Origin: an uncultured bacterium
GTDB lineage: Bacteria; Fidelibacterota; UBA2242
DNA: 64,000 bases
NCBI GenBank assembly: GCA_964588795.1
Contig: CAZPQN010000010.1
Span: forward strand, 1,148-65,147
Direction: 5' to 3'
In this document: piece by piece, positions 28,501 to 36,705 of the stretch
How the letters are laid out: each line of letters starts with the position of its first letter
Numbering within the stretch: the first letter of the stretch is position 1
Notes under the pieces: generated by a model
Databases searched by the model: none
Seen by the model: the letters and a program-made list of their open reading frames with translations, nothing else
What the model was told of the DNA's origin: nothing
Made by a program: the position numbers and the translations under genes

Positions 28501-28774
28501 TTCCGATCATATCGTCGAATTCACTTCGTCCTCCGCGGATGAAGTCAGCTCCTGGTATCCCGAGAAAAAACACAGCTTGTACACCTATTACTTCCTGCGC
28601 GGCCTGCAGGGTGAAGCCGATGAAAACAAAGATCTGGTTTTGACGGTCGGCGAACTGGCAAAATATTTAGATAGTAAGGTGCCGTATGAAGCCCGGCGTC
28701 TGAACAACCGCCAGCAAACTCCCGGGGTAACACCCGACCGTGCGGACCGGGTACTTGTCAGATATGGTCAATAG
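25577..28774 (+). CDS. Exported multidomain protein: signal peptide, coiled coil, WD40 beta-propeller, 2x CARDB-like beta-sandwich, C-terminal caspase (peptidase C14)
   Basis: At least 7 WD40 repeats (e.g. 'GHT..VTALAFHP...LASGGSDG...IW'). Caspase block 'ALIIANRKYQN...FFYYVGHGAP...VMIDACFSGS' carries the His/Cys dyad. Ends with TAG. The start may be an internal Met (25607 or 25664). Confidence 0.8.
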   Translation: MTDAESVEVGMKCPIFSKSRSRRGRLSRLMALGLLVGLMLTLPVQGQEVSFETAQTKLAQLLASLGNLDTEIQQEIEKALTAELDLRPKGEFESTAEYDERLCQNETRRQEIAARYEEQKTERRAILDKELELLTSKAYPTPIQLELGYYRPELERFPFTVPKYQKKGSLLIPKSIAQQFKEGFANLKPIGYFQLSRDGETRLIYVVVEFNGQPYTARTDRRMQSIKNLATFKNHSRSVNAVVFNPDGSLLATGSDDKTVKIWDVKKQTLLYNLTGHTKYVTALAFHPSEPVLASGGSDGLLIIWQIDGQKILQKIMVHPEGIKSLAFSPDGKIVATAAADYKIYLYQVSDATCLQTLSGHTDEIHALTFSPDNLCLVSTGYDQSIRLWSVKDGSNIKTITKAHPLWINAIAYSPDGEQIASAGDDKIVKIWNAKDLSPQKTFSDLPAGVIALAFSNPDGLTIACGLEDNTLLFKRVADGTTLFSNKEHSGTVKSAAYDVQGKLLATASEDRTVRLWEIVYDEMAELAGASDVVRTIAGAANGLPPKLRAEINFSEPSGNNFLDANETGLLKITVINNGQGPGFAVSAVLSGTQNPELDYPPRTLIGDINPGESKTVEIALKARYKMSADSIALNCNIIEANGFNLDPMQIQFETRPYFVNLVNAGIQVTDQSGNGMIEPEEIVEVTVRLQNQGTSVARDVRAALRLGDNVFFVGKDTKERVQQTPIGDLPAGDFRDLTIKVYTNNVATAVPVFLTVSEYYREWGVVNLPVELSFNQRLATMQQFVVKGKEDGSKYVTDGFSIDVELNIPAGQGVKNDAVALIIANRKYQNSDIPEVSFAHRDGEFVKQYLLKTLGFREGNILVYNDATQSQFKTALQKLANTAKDTAEIFFYYVGHGAPDPESKRGYFVPVDCDPNYVSVGGIALDYFYEQLNNIKTAATTVMIDACFSGSSNEGMLIKNVSPVMIEIEKGHTLSDHIVEFTSSSADEVSSWYPEKKHSLYTYYFLRGLQGEADENKDLVLTVGELAKYLDSKVPYEARRLNNRQQTPGVTPDRADRVLVRYGQ

Positions 28775-28777
28775 CGC

Positions 28778-29665
28778 ATGGCAATGAGCGGCCAGGGCCA
28801 ATTCAAGTACGGCCTTAGGATAATTATTTGCCTGCTTGGTCTGCTTACCGCGGGTTTATTGGCCCAAAAGTCCCAGGCAATCTGGGTAGAAGTTGACACT
28901 GTCAGGGTTTTCGACAGCAATACGACACCAGCGGAAGCCCGCCACAAGACCCTGACCCTGGCGCGTGAATGTGCGATTAAAAAAGCTATTCCCGAGGAGG
29001 TGCTCACCAGTTCGGTGTTTTCGGATCTGCGCGCCGAGTCTGGTCAGCAGGCTCAGGAACAGACCGCAATCAATATTTTCGCCATTTCCACGCAGGCAGG
29101 GGTAATCACCGAGGAAAAGATCCTGATCGCCAAGCCGGAAATTCTGGAGGATCTGATCAGGTACCGGGTCCGCCTGCAAGCGCAGGTGGCACCGATCATT
29201 GGTCAGCGCAATCCGGCCCTCAAATTAGACCTGAAAATCAATAATAATGTTTTTAAAAGCGGCGACCGCTTGGTGATTACGGCAACGAGCACCCAGGAAG
29301 GCTATCTCTATCTTTTCAATTTTTTAGCCGACAATTCGGTACTGATGATGTTTCCCAACCATATTTCAATGGATAATTCCGTCAAGGCCCGTCAGCCGCT
29401 GACCATTCCCACTCTGGCGGAACAGAAACAGGGGGTGGTCTACAAGGTGCAGGCTGATCCTAAACGTACCGTCACGGCGGAAGCGATTTTCGGCGTATTT
29501 TGTACCACGCCGATTGCCGAGTTTGACCGCTTTCAAGCCCTGCAAAAAGGGCACACTATTTTTAGTGCCGGTGACGAAAGTTTTACGCGCTTCCAGCGCG
29601 GATTGGCCGAGGTGCCACTCAACCAGCGTTGCGAAACCGCCCTGCCGATTCAGATTTTCAAATGA
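28778..29665 (+). CDS. DUF4384-domain exported protein (caspase-associated)
   Basis: Signal peptide. C-terminal 'GDRLVITATSTQEGYLYLFNFLADNSVLMMFPN' matches the DUF4384 core. Lies 4 nt after the caspase gene. Confidence 0.55.
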   Translation: MAMSGQGQFKYGLRIIICLLGLLTAGLLAQKSQAIWVEVDTVRVFDSNTTPAEARHKTLTLARECAIKKAIPEEVLTSSVFSDLRAESGQQAQEQTAINIFAISTQAGVITEEKILIAKPEILEDLIRYRVRLQAQVAPIIGQRNPALKLDLKINNNVFKSGDRLVITATSTQEGYLYLFNFLADNSVLMMFPNHISMDNSVKARQPLTIPTLAEQKQGVVYKVQADPKRTVTAEAIFGVFCTTPIAEFDRFQALQKGHTIFSAGDESFTRFQRGLAEVPLNQRCETALPIQIFK

Positions 29666-29701
29666 AGTGAGTCCTTCACCCACAAGGACGAGGCAGACCT
29701 T

Positions 29702-31039
29702 TCAAGCTTTTTTCGGCGGTTTGCGATATCTTTCGGGCCACAGTGCGGTCAGGCGCTCGCTAATGAATTTTTCGCGCCCGATCAGCGTCGGTTCGTAAAA
29801 CGCTACTGCCGGCATGTGCTGTGGGAAATAATGCTCTTTCAGGAAGTGCCCTTCGTAGTGGTGCGGGTATTTGTATCCCTTGTGATAACCCATTTTTTTC
29901 ATCAGGCGGGTGGGAGCGTTGCGCAGATGCAAGGGTACATCAGGTGGTTCACCCTCCTGAACCGCCGCCCGCGCGGCTTCGAGGGCCATATAGGCGGCGT
30001 TGCTTTTAACAGTGGAAGCCAGGTAGGTCGTGACCTGAGCTAAAACGATGGCACCTTCGGGCAAACCAATGCTGTCCACCGCCTGGAATCCGGCTGTCGC
30101 CAGCGGCAGAGCCGCCGGGTCGGCGTTGCCGATGTCCTCGCTGGCAAGGATTACTAACCGGCGAGCGATGAACAGCGGATCTTCGCCTCCCTCCAGCATC
30201 ACCGCTAACCAGTAAACCGCCGCATCGGGATCACTGCCGCGTACGCTTTTAATGAATGCCGAGATGATATCGTAATGGTAATCGCCCTTTTTATCATAAA
30301 GCTGGTGACGCTGTTGCAAGGCTTCCTGAATCAATTCGACTGTGATACGGAATGGGCTGTTTTCGGCAGGAGCGCCTAATTGCAGGACGATTTCCAGGGC
30401 GTTCAGCAGTTTACGGGCGTCTCCGTTGACCTGCTTGAGCAGGAAATCGCGCGCGTTTGGTTCGAATTGAATTGGGTACTTGGTCAAAAGAATGTCGCGG
30501 TTCAGAGCCCCGGTCAGGATCTGGTCCAAGGCCGTCTCGCTCAAGGCCGCCAAGCGTAGCACCCGGCAACGTGACAATAATGGTGCGATGACTTCAAAGG
30601 AGGGATTTTCCGTGGTTGCTCCGATCAGCACAATCGAACCATTCTCGACCGCATGCAGGAGCGCGTCCTGCTGTCCTTTGTTGAAGCGGTGAATTTCGTC
30701 GATAAACAGTACCGTAGTGCGTCCGTTTTGCCGGTTAAATTCAGCGCGGGCGATTACCTCGCGGATTTCTTTCACTCCGGTATCAACGGCGCTAATCTGA
30801 AAAAAATCCGCCGCGATTGAGTTAGAGATCAGCCGCGCCAGGGTCGTTTTGCCACTGCCCGGCGGACCCCAGAGGATCATGGAAAAAATCTGCTGGTTAG
30901 CCAGCGCTTTGCTGATTATTTTGCCCGCCCCGACCAGGGCTTCCTGACCGATGAAATCCTCGATCCGCCGGGGTCGCATTCGCTCCGCCAGCGGGGGCAA
31001 TAAGGATTGTATTTCTTCCTTACTCTCGAATAAATCCAC
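29702..31039 (-). CDS. rarA: Replication-associated recombination protein A (AAA+ ATPase RarA/MgsA)
   Basis: 'WGPPGSGKTTLARLI' Walker A, Walker B 'LFIDEIHRFNK', and the MgsA C-terminal domain. Confidence 0.9.
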   Translation of the reverse strand: MDLFESKEEIQSLLPPLAERMRPRRIEDFIGQEALVGAGKIISKALANQQIFSMILWGPPGSGKTTLARLISNSIAADFFQISAVDTGVKEIREVIARAEFNRQNGRTTVLFIDEIHRFNKGQQDALLHAVENGSIVLIGATTENPSFEVIAPLLSRCRVLRLAALSETALDQILTGALNRDILLTKYPIQFEPNARDFLLKQVNGDARKLLNALEIVLQLGAPAENSPFRITVELIQEALQQRHQLYDKKGDYHYDIISAFIKSVRGSDPDAAVYWLAVMLEGGEDPLFIARRLVILASEDIGNADPAALPLATAGFQAVDSIGLPEGAIVLAQVTTYLASTVKSNAAYMALEAARAAVQEGEPPDVPLHLRNAPTRLMKKMGYHKGYKYPHHYEGHFLKEHYFPQHMPAVAFYEPTLIGREKFISERLTALWPERYRKPPKKA

Positions 31040-31043
31040 CGGT

Positions 31044-32435
31044 TTAGTCCAGTTCGTAGCGGTTCAAATATTGCGGAATTTCCGCCACCCAACCGAAATG
31101 CGCTTTGATCCGCTCTGCCAGACCACTCGATTGAGGCGGTTCACCGTGGACAATAAAGATTTTCCGGGGTGCGTAGTTGAAACTGGACAGCCAGGCCAAA
31201 GTCTCATTATAATCAGCGTGCGCTGAAAATCCGGTGATGTTCTCCACATGAGCGCGGACCGGAATGTACTCGCCATGGATTTTCACATCCGGGGCGCCTT
31301 CTAAAATTGTCCGCCCGCGGGTTCCTGCGGCCTGATAGCCGATGAATAATAAAGTGTTGCGTGGGTCCGGCAGACGATGGGCCAGATGGTGCAGGATGCG
31401 ACCTCCAGTAGCCATCCCGCTGGCGGAAATGATGACTGCCCGGTTTTTCACCTCATTGATGGCCTTCGACTGCGCGGGAGTCTGGGCAAACTGGAGACGG
31501 GCGGTGCGCAAAATGTCCGTGCCGCGCATACCCAGTACCTTTGATTCCAGATCGTGATCCTGCCGGTGGCGCATGAAAATGTCTGTGGCAGAGACGGCCA
31601 TGGGCGAATCCACATAAACCGGAATTTCAGGGATTACCCTTTCCTCTTCCAGTTCGCGGATGGTAAAGAGCAGTTCCTGCGTGCGCCCTACCGCGAAAGA
31701 AGGCACAACCAGTACACCGCCGCGCCCTAAACTATGATTGATTACCCGCGCCAAATCAGCTTTATTGTTGCCGGTACCGTGCAGGCGATCACCGTAGGTG
31801 GATTCGATTAGCAGGTAATCGGTTCCATGCACGGTGTGGGGATCGCGTAAGATCGGCTGAGCGGGGCGCCCCAAATCGCCGGAAAACAGGATACGGCGGG
31901 TGGCACCGTTTTGATTGAGCCGGATGTCTACGAAAGCACTGCCGAGAATATGTCCGGCGTCGCGGAAAGTCAGGGTCGCATTGTCACCTAAAGACACCGT
32001 CTGTCCATAAGGCACCGGTTGAAAAAGATTCAGAGTCTGCCTGACATCATCAATATTATAGAGTGGCAGGGCGGGCGCATGCTTGGTAAAGTGTTTTTGG
32101 TTGGCATACAGGGCATCTTCTTCCTGCAGGTGGGCGGAATCCGGGAGCATTACCGCACACAGATCGGCCGTAGCGCTGGTGGCGTAAACCTTACCCCGAA
32201 AACCTTCTTTGACCAAGCGCGGCAGGAACCCGGTGTGATCGATGTGGGCATGGGTCAGGATCACCGCATCGAGCGCTGCGGCGGGGATCGGAAAAGGCTC
32301 CCAGTTGCGCAGACGCAGTTCCTTCAAACCCTGAAACAGCCCGCAGTCAATCAGTAATCTCGTCTGCCCGGTCTCGAGCAAATAACGCGAACCGGTGACC
32401 GTACCGGTCGCTCCTAAAAAGGATATCGTCGCCAT
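31044..32435 (-). CDS. MBL-fold metallo-hydrolase of the beta-CASP RNA-metabolising family
   Basis: 'ILTHAHIDHTGFLP' metallo-beta-lactamase motif 2 plus the beta-CASP and RNA-specificity C-terminal region. About 460 aa. Confidence 0.75.
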   Translation of the reverse strand: MATISFLGATGTVTGSRYLLETGQTRLLIDCGLFQGLKELRLRNWEPFPIPAAALDAVILTHAHIDHTGFLPRLVKEGFRGKVYATSATADLCAVMLPDSAHLQEEDALYANQKHFTKHAPALPLYNIDDVRQTLNLFQPVPYGQTVSLGDNATLTFRDAGHILGSAFVDIRLNQNGATRRILFSGDLGRPAQPILRDPHTVHGTDYLLIESTYGDRLHGTGNNKADLARVINHSLGRGGVLVVPSFAVGRTQELLFTIRELEEERVIPEIPVYVDSPMAVSATDIFMRHRQDHDLESKVLGMRGTDILRTARLQFAQTPAQSKAINEVKNRAVIISASGMATGGRILHHLAHRLPDPRNTLLFIGYQAAGTRGRTILEGAPDVKIHGEYIPVRAHVENITGFSAHADYNETLAWLSSFNYAPRKIFIVHGEPPQSSGLAERIKAHFGWVAEIPQYLNRYELD

Positions 32436-32481
32436 TTTTACCCCGCTGTTAACTGTTAAATGACCGGTTCGGTATCGAACG

Positions 32482-32922
32482 CTAAACGGCTTTGGGCAAA
32501 GCGGTCAGACAGAAAACCATGATGAACAGTGCCACGGTTTCGATGATGCCGATGACCATGATATAATTGCCAAAGCCCTTGCCGGTCTCAGTCAAAGCGT
32601 CACAGGCTTTGGCCGAGGCCTTGCCCTGCATGAAAGCCGATAAACCCATGGCGAATCCGGCGAAAGCCCCTAAGAGCATCTGAGCTTTGCCGGTAGCGTC
32701 AACAATATTTGCTCCGATAATGGCGTTGCGCAGAATCATGCCGTAAATTGTCTGCGACAGGGGCGCCCCCACAAATGCGACCAGGATGAAAGGCGCGGCT
32801 TTGTTCAGGGCGTATGCTTTCTTCCAGGCTCCGATGGCAGAAAGTCCCGCCACACCGGCTCCCAGTCCCGATCCGATAGCCGCCAGGACGAGCGACAGAT
32901 TTAAATCACCTAAACCTTGCAT
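32482..32922 (-). CDS. ntpK: V/A-type ATPase proteolipid subunit K (4-TM, 16 kDa type)
   Basis: Four hydrophobic helices and the conserved ion-binding Glu in 'GIIETVALF'. Confidence 0.8.
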   Translation of the reverse strand: MQGLGDLNLSLVLAAIGSGLGAGVAGLSAIGAWKKAYALNKAAPFILVAFVGAPLSQTIYGMILRNAIIGANIVDATGKAQMLLGAFAGFAMGLSAFMQGKASAKACDALTETGKGFGNYIMVIGIIETVALFIMVFCLTALPKAV

Positions 32923-32966
32923 ATTTTTTCTCCTCAGATAATAGGCATTTAGAATTTTTCATGAAT

Positions 32967-34757
32967 TTACTCTTCGCGGAAGGGTAGATATTTTTTGCCG
33001 GTCCACTGCATGCCGAGATGACCGCTGAACTCCAACATATTCAGCCGGATGCCATGCACGATGACCGACATCAGGCACAGGATCATATTCAGACCATGTC
33101 CAAAAATCAGGATCAGGCCTGCGACTATGACTTTAACCAGACCGCCTTCCCCGCCCAGGGCCATGTTGTTGAAACTGACTTCGACCACCGAGCCGGCTAA
33201 TCCGACGGCAAATAAACGCAGGTAGGAGACAACATCCCCAAAAGAGCCAATGATGCTAAGCGGCAGGTTGCCGACCGTTGCGCCCACCCCTTTCCAAAAA
33301 TGCCCTTTCAGGTAGTTATCGAAACTGCCAATCAACAGCGCCCCGCCGCCGATCAGATAAGGCGTCACCGACGGCAGGGGGTTAGACAGCACTAAGCGCC
33401 CCGCCAGGAAGAACATGCCCCACACGACCCCGATCCAACCCACCTGCGCCAAGGCTTGCAGGGAATTGATTTTCTTCAGGCCGTTCAATAGATGGCCGAC
33501 CGTCAGATGCAGGGCGCCGATCAGGAAGGTGAAGTACATCAGAAAACGAGTAACTTCATCCGGTTTCTTACTGAAACTGTAAATCCGGTCAATGATTAAG
33601 CGGTCGAAAAGCGGTAAACGGGCAATGGTTTCCTGACCGAACCACATACCCGTGATGGCGCCCCAGACTATCAGAGCGCCGCTCAGTACGTACATTAGGA
33701 AAAAAGGCTCGCGGGCGGCTTGCCGATGTTTGCGGCGGAAGAGCAGAGTCCCTATCAAAAAGACCAGTCCATAGCCGGCGTCGCCTACCAAAATCGCGAA
33801 GAACAGGCTGAAGAAGCATAAGAACCAGAAACTGATATCGTATTCGTGATAACCCGGCAGCGTGCCCATGAAATTAAAAATAGGTTCAACCATATTCAGC
33901 CATCTTGGGCGCCGCAATAAAGTCGGGACATCGTCCGGCTCGCTGGGATCTTCGGTTATGTAGCCCCAGGCTTCCTGTTCCGCCGCCTTTTTAAATTGTT
34001 CGAGAGTATCGGTGGGGCAATATCCCTCTAAGAAGACGATGTCCTCGGCCACACCCATGCCGGCGCGCACACTGACGAAACGGTGTTGCCGCTGCAAATC
34101 AACGAGATGGCGCTTGAGAATAGGCTGATAATCCACCAACCGCAGGAGACGTTCGTCGATGCCCATAATTTCCTTTTCGGCGGCGGCGATGCGGTCACTC
34201 ACGGTCAGGAAATCTTCTGCGGGGACCGCTTCTTCCTTCAGATCAAGAAGCTCACCGTTGGCGCCGGTCAGGAGGGCAATCAGAATCCGGCCTTTTTCTT
34301 CTTTGAGGCTCAGGATCAATTTATCAGCCGGCAGGCGTTTCTGCTGGGCCTTATCAATGCTGTAGAGGCGGAGAAAGACTCCATGGGAAGCGAGTTCAGC
34401 GAGCTCGGCCTGGCAGGTTCGCCCCCACACCCGGTACCAGTTTTGTTTTTCGCGATCTTTTTCCAGCTCTCCGGCCAGTTTGGCTTTCTTTTCGCTGAGG
34501 CTCAGGATTTCACTGACCAATTGCCCCGGGTCAACTGGCTCCGGACTGGTTGCGCCGGAGGTCGTCCGGGATATATCAAGCTGGTGGAGGGCCCGTTCGA
34601 CGGCGCTAATCTGATTTTCGAGCTGGAGTAAGTTATCTCCCGCAACCGGGACGGTCGGCTTCACGTGCAGAATGCCAAGTTGCCGCAGACGCCGGAGGGC
34701 CGCATCGCGGTTGCTTGCGCTGAGGAAAACGGTCACTTTTTGCATGGCAACGATCAT
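32967..34757 (-). CDS. ntpI: V/A-type ATPase subunit I (a-subunit homolog)
   Basis: 596 aa with an N-terminal soluble coiled-coil domain and a C-terminal polytopic domain. V-ATPase 116-kDa family. Confidence 0.8.
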   Translation of the reverse strand: MIVAMQKVTVFLSASNRDAALRRLRQLGILHVKPTVPVAGDNLLQLENQISAVERALHQLDISRTTSGATSPEPVDPGQLVSEILSLSEKKAKLAGELEKDREKQNWYRVWGRTCQAELAELASHGVFLRLYSIDKAQQKRLPADKLILSLKEEKGRILIALLTGANGELLDLKEEAVPAEDFLTVSDRIAAAEKEIMGIDERLLRLVDYQPILKRHLVDLQRQHRFVSVRAGMGVAEDIVFLEGYCPTDTLEQFKKAAEQEAWGYITEDPSEPDDVPTLLRRPRWLNMVEPIFNFMGTLPGYHEYDISFWFLCFFSLFFAILVGDAGYGLVFLIGTLLFRRKHRQAAREPFFLMYVLSGALIVWGAITGMWFGQETIARLPLFDRLIIDRIYSFSKKPDEVTRFLMYFTFLIGALHLTVGHLLNGLKKINSLQALAQVGWIGVVWGMFFLAGRLVLSNPLPSVTPYLIGGGALLIGSFDNYLKGHFWKGVGATVGNLPLSIIGSFGDVVSYLRLFAVGLAGSVVEVSFNNMALGGEGGLVKVIVAGLILIFGHGLNMILCLMSVIVHGIRLNMLEFSGHLGMQWTGKKYLPFREE

Positions 34758-35365
34758 CGACTGACCATTTCCTTCCGGCTCTGGATTTTGGCTTTGGCGA
34801 TTTTGCCGCGCACTACTTCAGCGGTCATGGCATCGCCTAAGAAGATTTGGATGATACGGATGTTTTCACGGGTCTCGGGGATTTTGACTTTTTCGAACAA
34901 ATTGATGCGCTGGATGGTGACCCGCAATTCCTGGCGCAGGATTTCAGCCTGCTCCTGTAAAACCTGGATGTGAATCCGACGGGCGATCTGTTCCCGAAGA
35001 ACGATCAGAGCCCGGTCAACCCAAAGCGGGGTGGTGTAGAGATCATATTCGACATCTTCGAAATGTACATCCCGGAAAATGCGAATATCAATACCGGCAA
35101 TATTCCCCTCACCAGATAAGACTTCACTGACCTTCAGTAATGGTCGCAGGTCGAAATCTTCCGCCAGAACATCCACCCACTTGCGCAGTTCGTCGCCAGT
35201 CTGGCGCAAGGCGTTTTCAAGGGTTTCGATTTCCTGCCCGATGCGGCGGATTTCGGTGACCAGCTGGCTTTTCTTGAGCTCCAGTGTCGGTAGAAAGCGC
35301 TGGTAGCGGGACAGCGCCTCACGCTGGCTTTTGAGTTCATTCTTGGTATGCTTAATCTTGCCCAT
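34754..35365 (-). CDS. ntpD: V/A-type ATPase subunit D
   Basis: About 200-aa coiled-coil protein, 'MGKIKHTKNELKSQREALSRYQRFLPTLELKKSQL'. Confidence 0.8.
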   Translation of the reverse strand: MGKIKHTKNELKSQREALSRYQRFLPTLELKKSQLVTEIRRIGQEIETLENALRQTGDELRKWVDVLAEDFDLRPLLKVSEVLSGEGNIAGIDIRIFRDVHFEDVEYDLYTTPLWVDRALIVLREQIARRIHIQVLQEQAEILRQELRVTIQRINLFEKVKIPETRENIRIIQIFLGDAMTAEVVRGKIAKAKIQSRKEMVSR

Positions 35366-35376
35366 TTGAAGGTCAG

Positions 35377-36705
35377 TTAAGCCGGCTGAGCCTCTGATTT
35401 AGGCCAGAATTTGTTAATCAGTTCGGATTTCATACCGGTTTCTTCGGGCAGGAAACAGGTGGCCAGGATCTGCCAGCCGCGGTCGAGCGCGGCTTCGAGT
35501 GGGATATTGACCTTCAGATCCATCATGGAAGATTCGAACAGGGCGCCGTATTTCAAGAGCTTGCGGTCCCAGTCGCTCATGCGGAAACCCATGGCGCGTT
35601 TTTCCTCGGTTTCCTTGAACTGGGCGTAGAGCTGGATCATGCCATCCATAATCGCCCGATGATCTTCGCGGGTGCTTTTATTGACCTGTTGCTTGAGACG
35701 GCTGAGCGAACCAAATGGTTCGATGCGGCCGTTGCGCAGGTAGAATTGTCCTTCGGTGATATAGCCGGTGTTGTCCGGCACGGGATGGGTCACATCATCG
35801 CCCGGCATGGTGGTGACCGCCAGAACCGTTACCGAACCGGCTTCCTCGAAGTCCACGGCTTTTTCATAACGTGCCGCCAGCTGACTGTAAAGGTCGCCCG
35901 GGTAGCCGCGATTCGACGGAACCTGCTCCATGGTGATGGCGATTTCCTTCAGGGCGTCGGCGAAGTTGGTCATATCGGTCAGCAAAACCAGCACATCACG
36001 CCCCTTGAGTGCGAAGCGTTCCGCGACAGCCAAACTGAGGTCCGGCACCATCAAGCCTTCCACGATCGGATCGGAGGCGGTGTGCATAAAGAAGATCGAG
36101 CGACTGAGCGCGCCGCCTTCCTCCAGAGTATTTTTGAAAAACATATACTGGTCGTATTTCAGACCGATGCCCCCTAAAATGATCATGTCCACTTCCGCCT
36201 GCAGGGCGATGCGCGCCAGTAATTCATTATAGGGTTCGCCGGAAACGGAGAAAATGGGTAGCTTCTGGGAGATGACCAGCGAGTTGAAAACGTCAATCAT
36301 GGGAATATTGGTGCGGACCATGCGCCGTGGAATAATTCTTTTGGCGGGATTGACCGAAGGACCGGCGACCTGAATCAGGTTTTCGGTGAGGGCAGGTCCT
36401 TTGTCACGCGGGACGCCACTGCCATTGAAGATCCGACCTAACATGTCATCGCAGAAGGTTACCTGCATCGGGTGGCCGAGGAAGCGCACCTCGTCATTGG
36501 TCGCGATGCCCTGGCTTCCGGCAAAAACCTGCAGGGAGACGATGTCGTTATCCAGCTTGATGACCTGGGCTAACGACTTCCCCCGCTGAGTGGCAATTTC
36601 CGCCAATTCCTCGTAGTTCACGTCGGAGGCCTTGACGGTGATAACATTCCCGGTGACGCTCAGTATTTTATTGTAGACTTTTTGCATTTTGCGTTTGGCC
36701 CTCAA
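35377..36705 (-). CDS. ntpB: V/A-type ATPase subunit B (non-catalytic)
   Basis: AtpB-like nucleotide-binding domain. The start may be the internal Met at 36687. Confidence 0.85.
   Translation of the reverse strand: MRAKRKMQKVYNKILSVTGNVITVKASDVNYEELAEIATQRGKSLAQVIKLDNDIVSLQVFAGSQGIATNDEVRFLGHPMQVTFCDDMLGRIFNGSGVPRDKGPALTENLIQVAGPSVNPAKRIIPRRMVRTNIPMIDVFNSLVISQKLPIFSVSGEPYNELLARIALQAEVDMIILGGIGLKYDQYMFFKNTLEEGGALSRSIFFMHTASDPIVEGLMVPDLSLAVAERFALKGRDVLVLLTDMTNFADALKEIAITMEQVPSNRGYPGDLYSQLAARYEKAVDFEEAGSVTVLAVTTMPGDDVTHPVPDNTGYITEGQFYLRNGRIEPFGSLSRLKQQVNKSTREDHRAIMDGMIQLYAQFKETEEKRAMGFRMSDWDRKLLKYGALFESSMMDLKVNIPLEAALDRGWQILATCFLPEETGMKSELINKFWPKSEAQPA

Noticed and set aside
35377-36705. Overlap of 38 nt between ntpB and ntpA
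   Set aside because: Probably an artefact of choosing the longest ORF. The internal Met at 36687 gives a conventional subunit B start, and this is not evidence of recoding.
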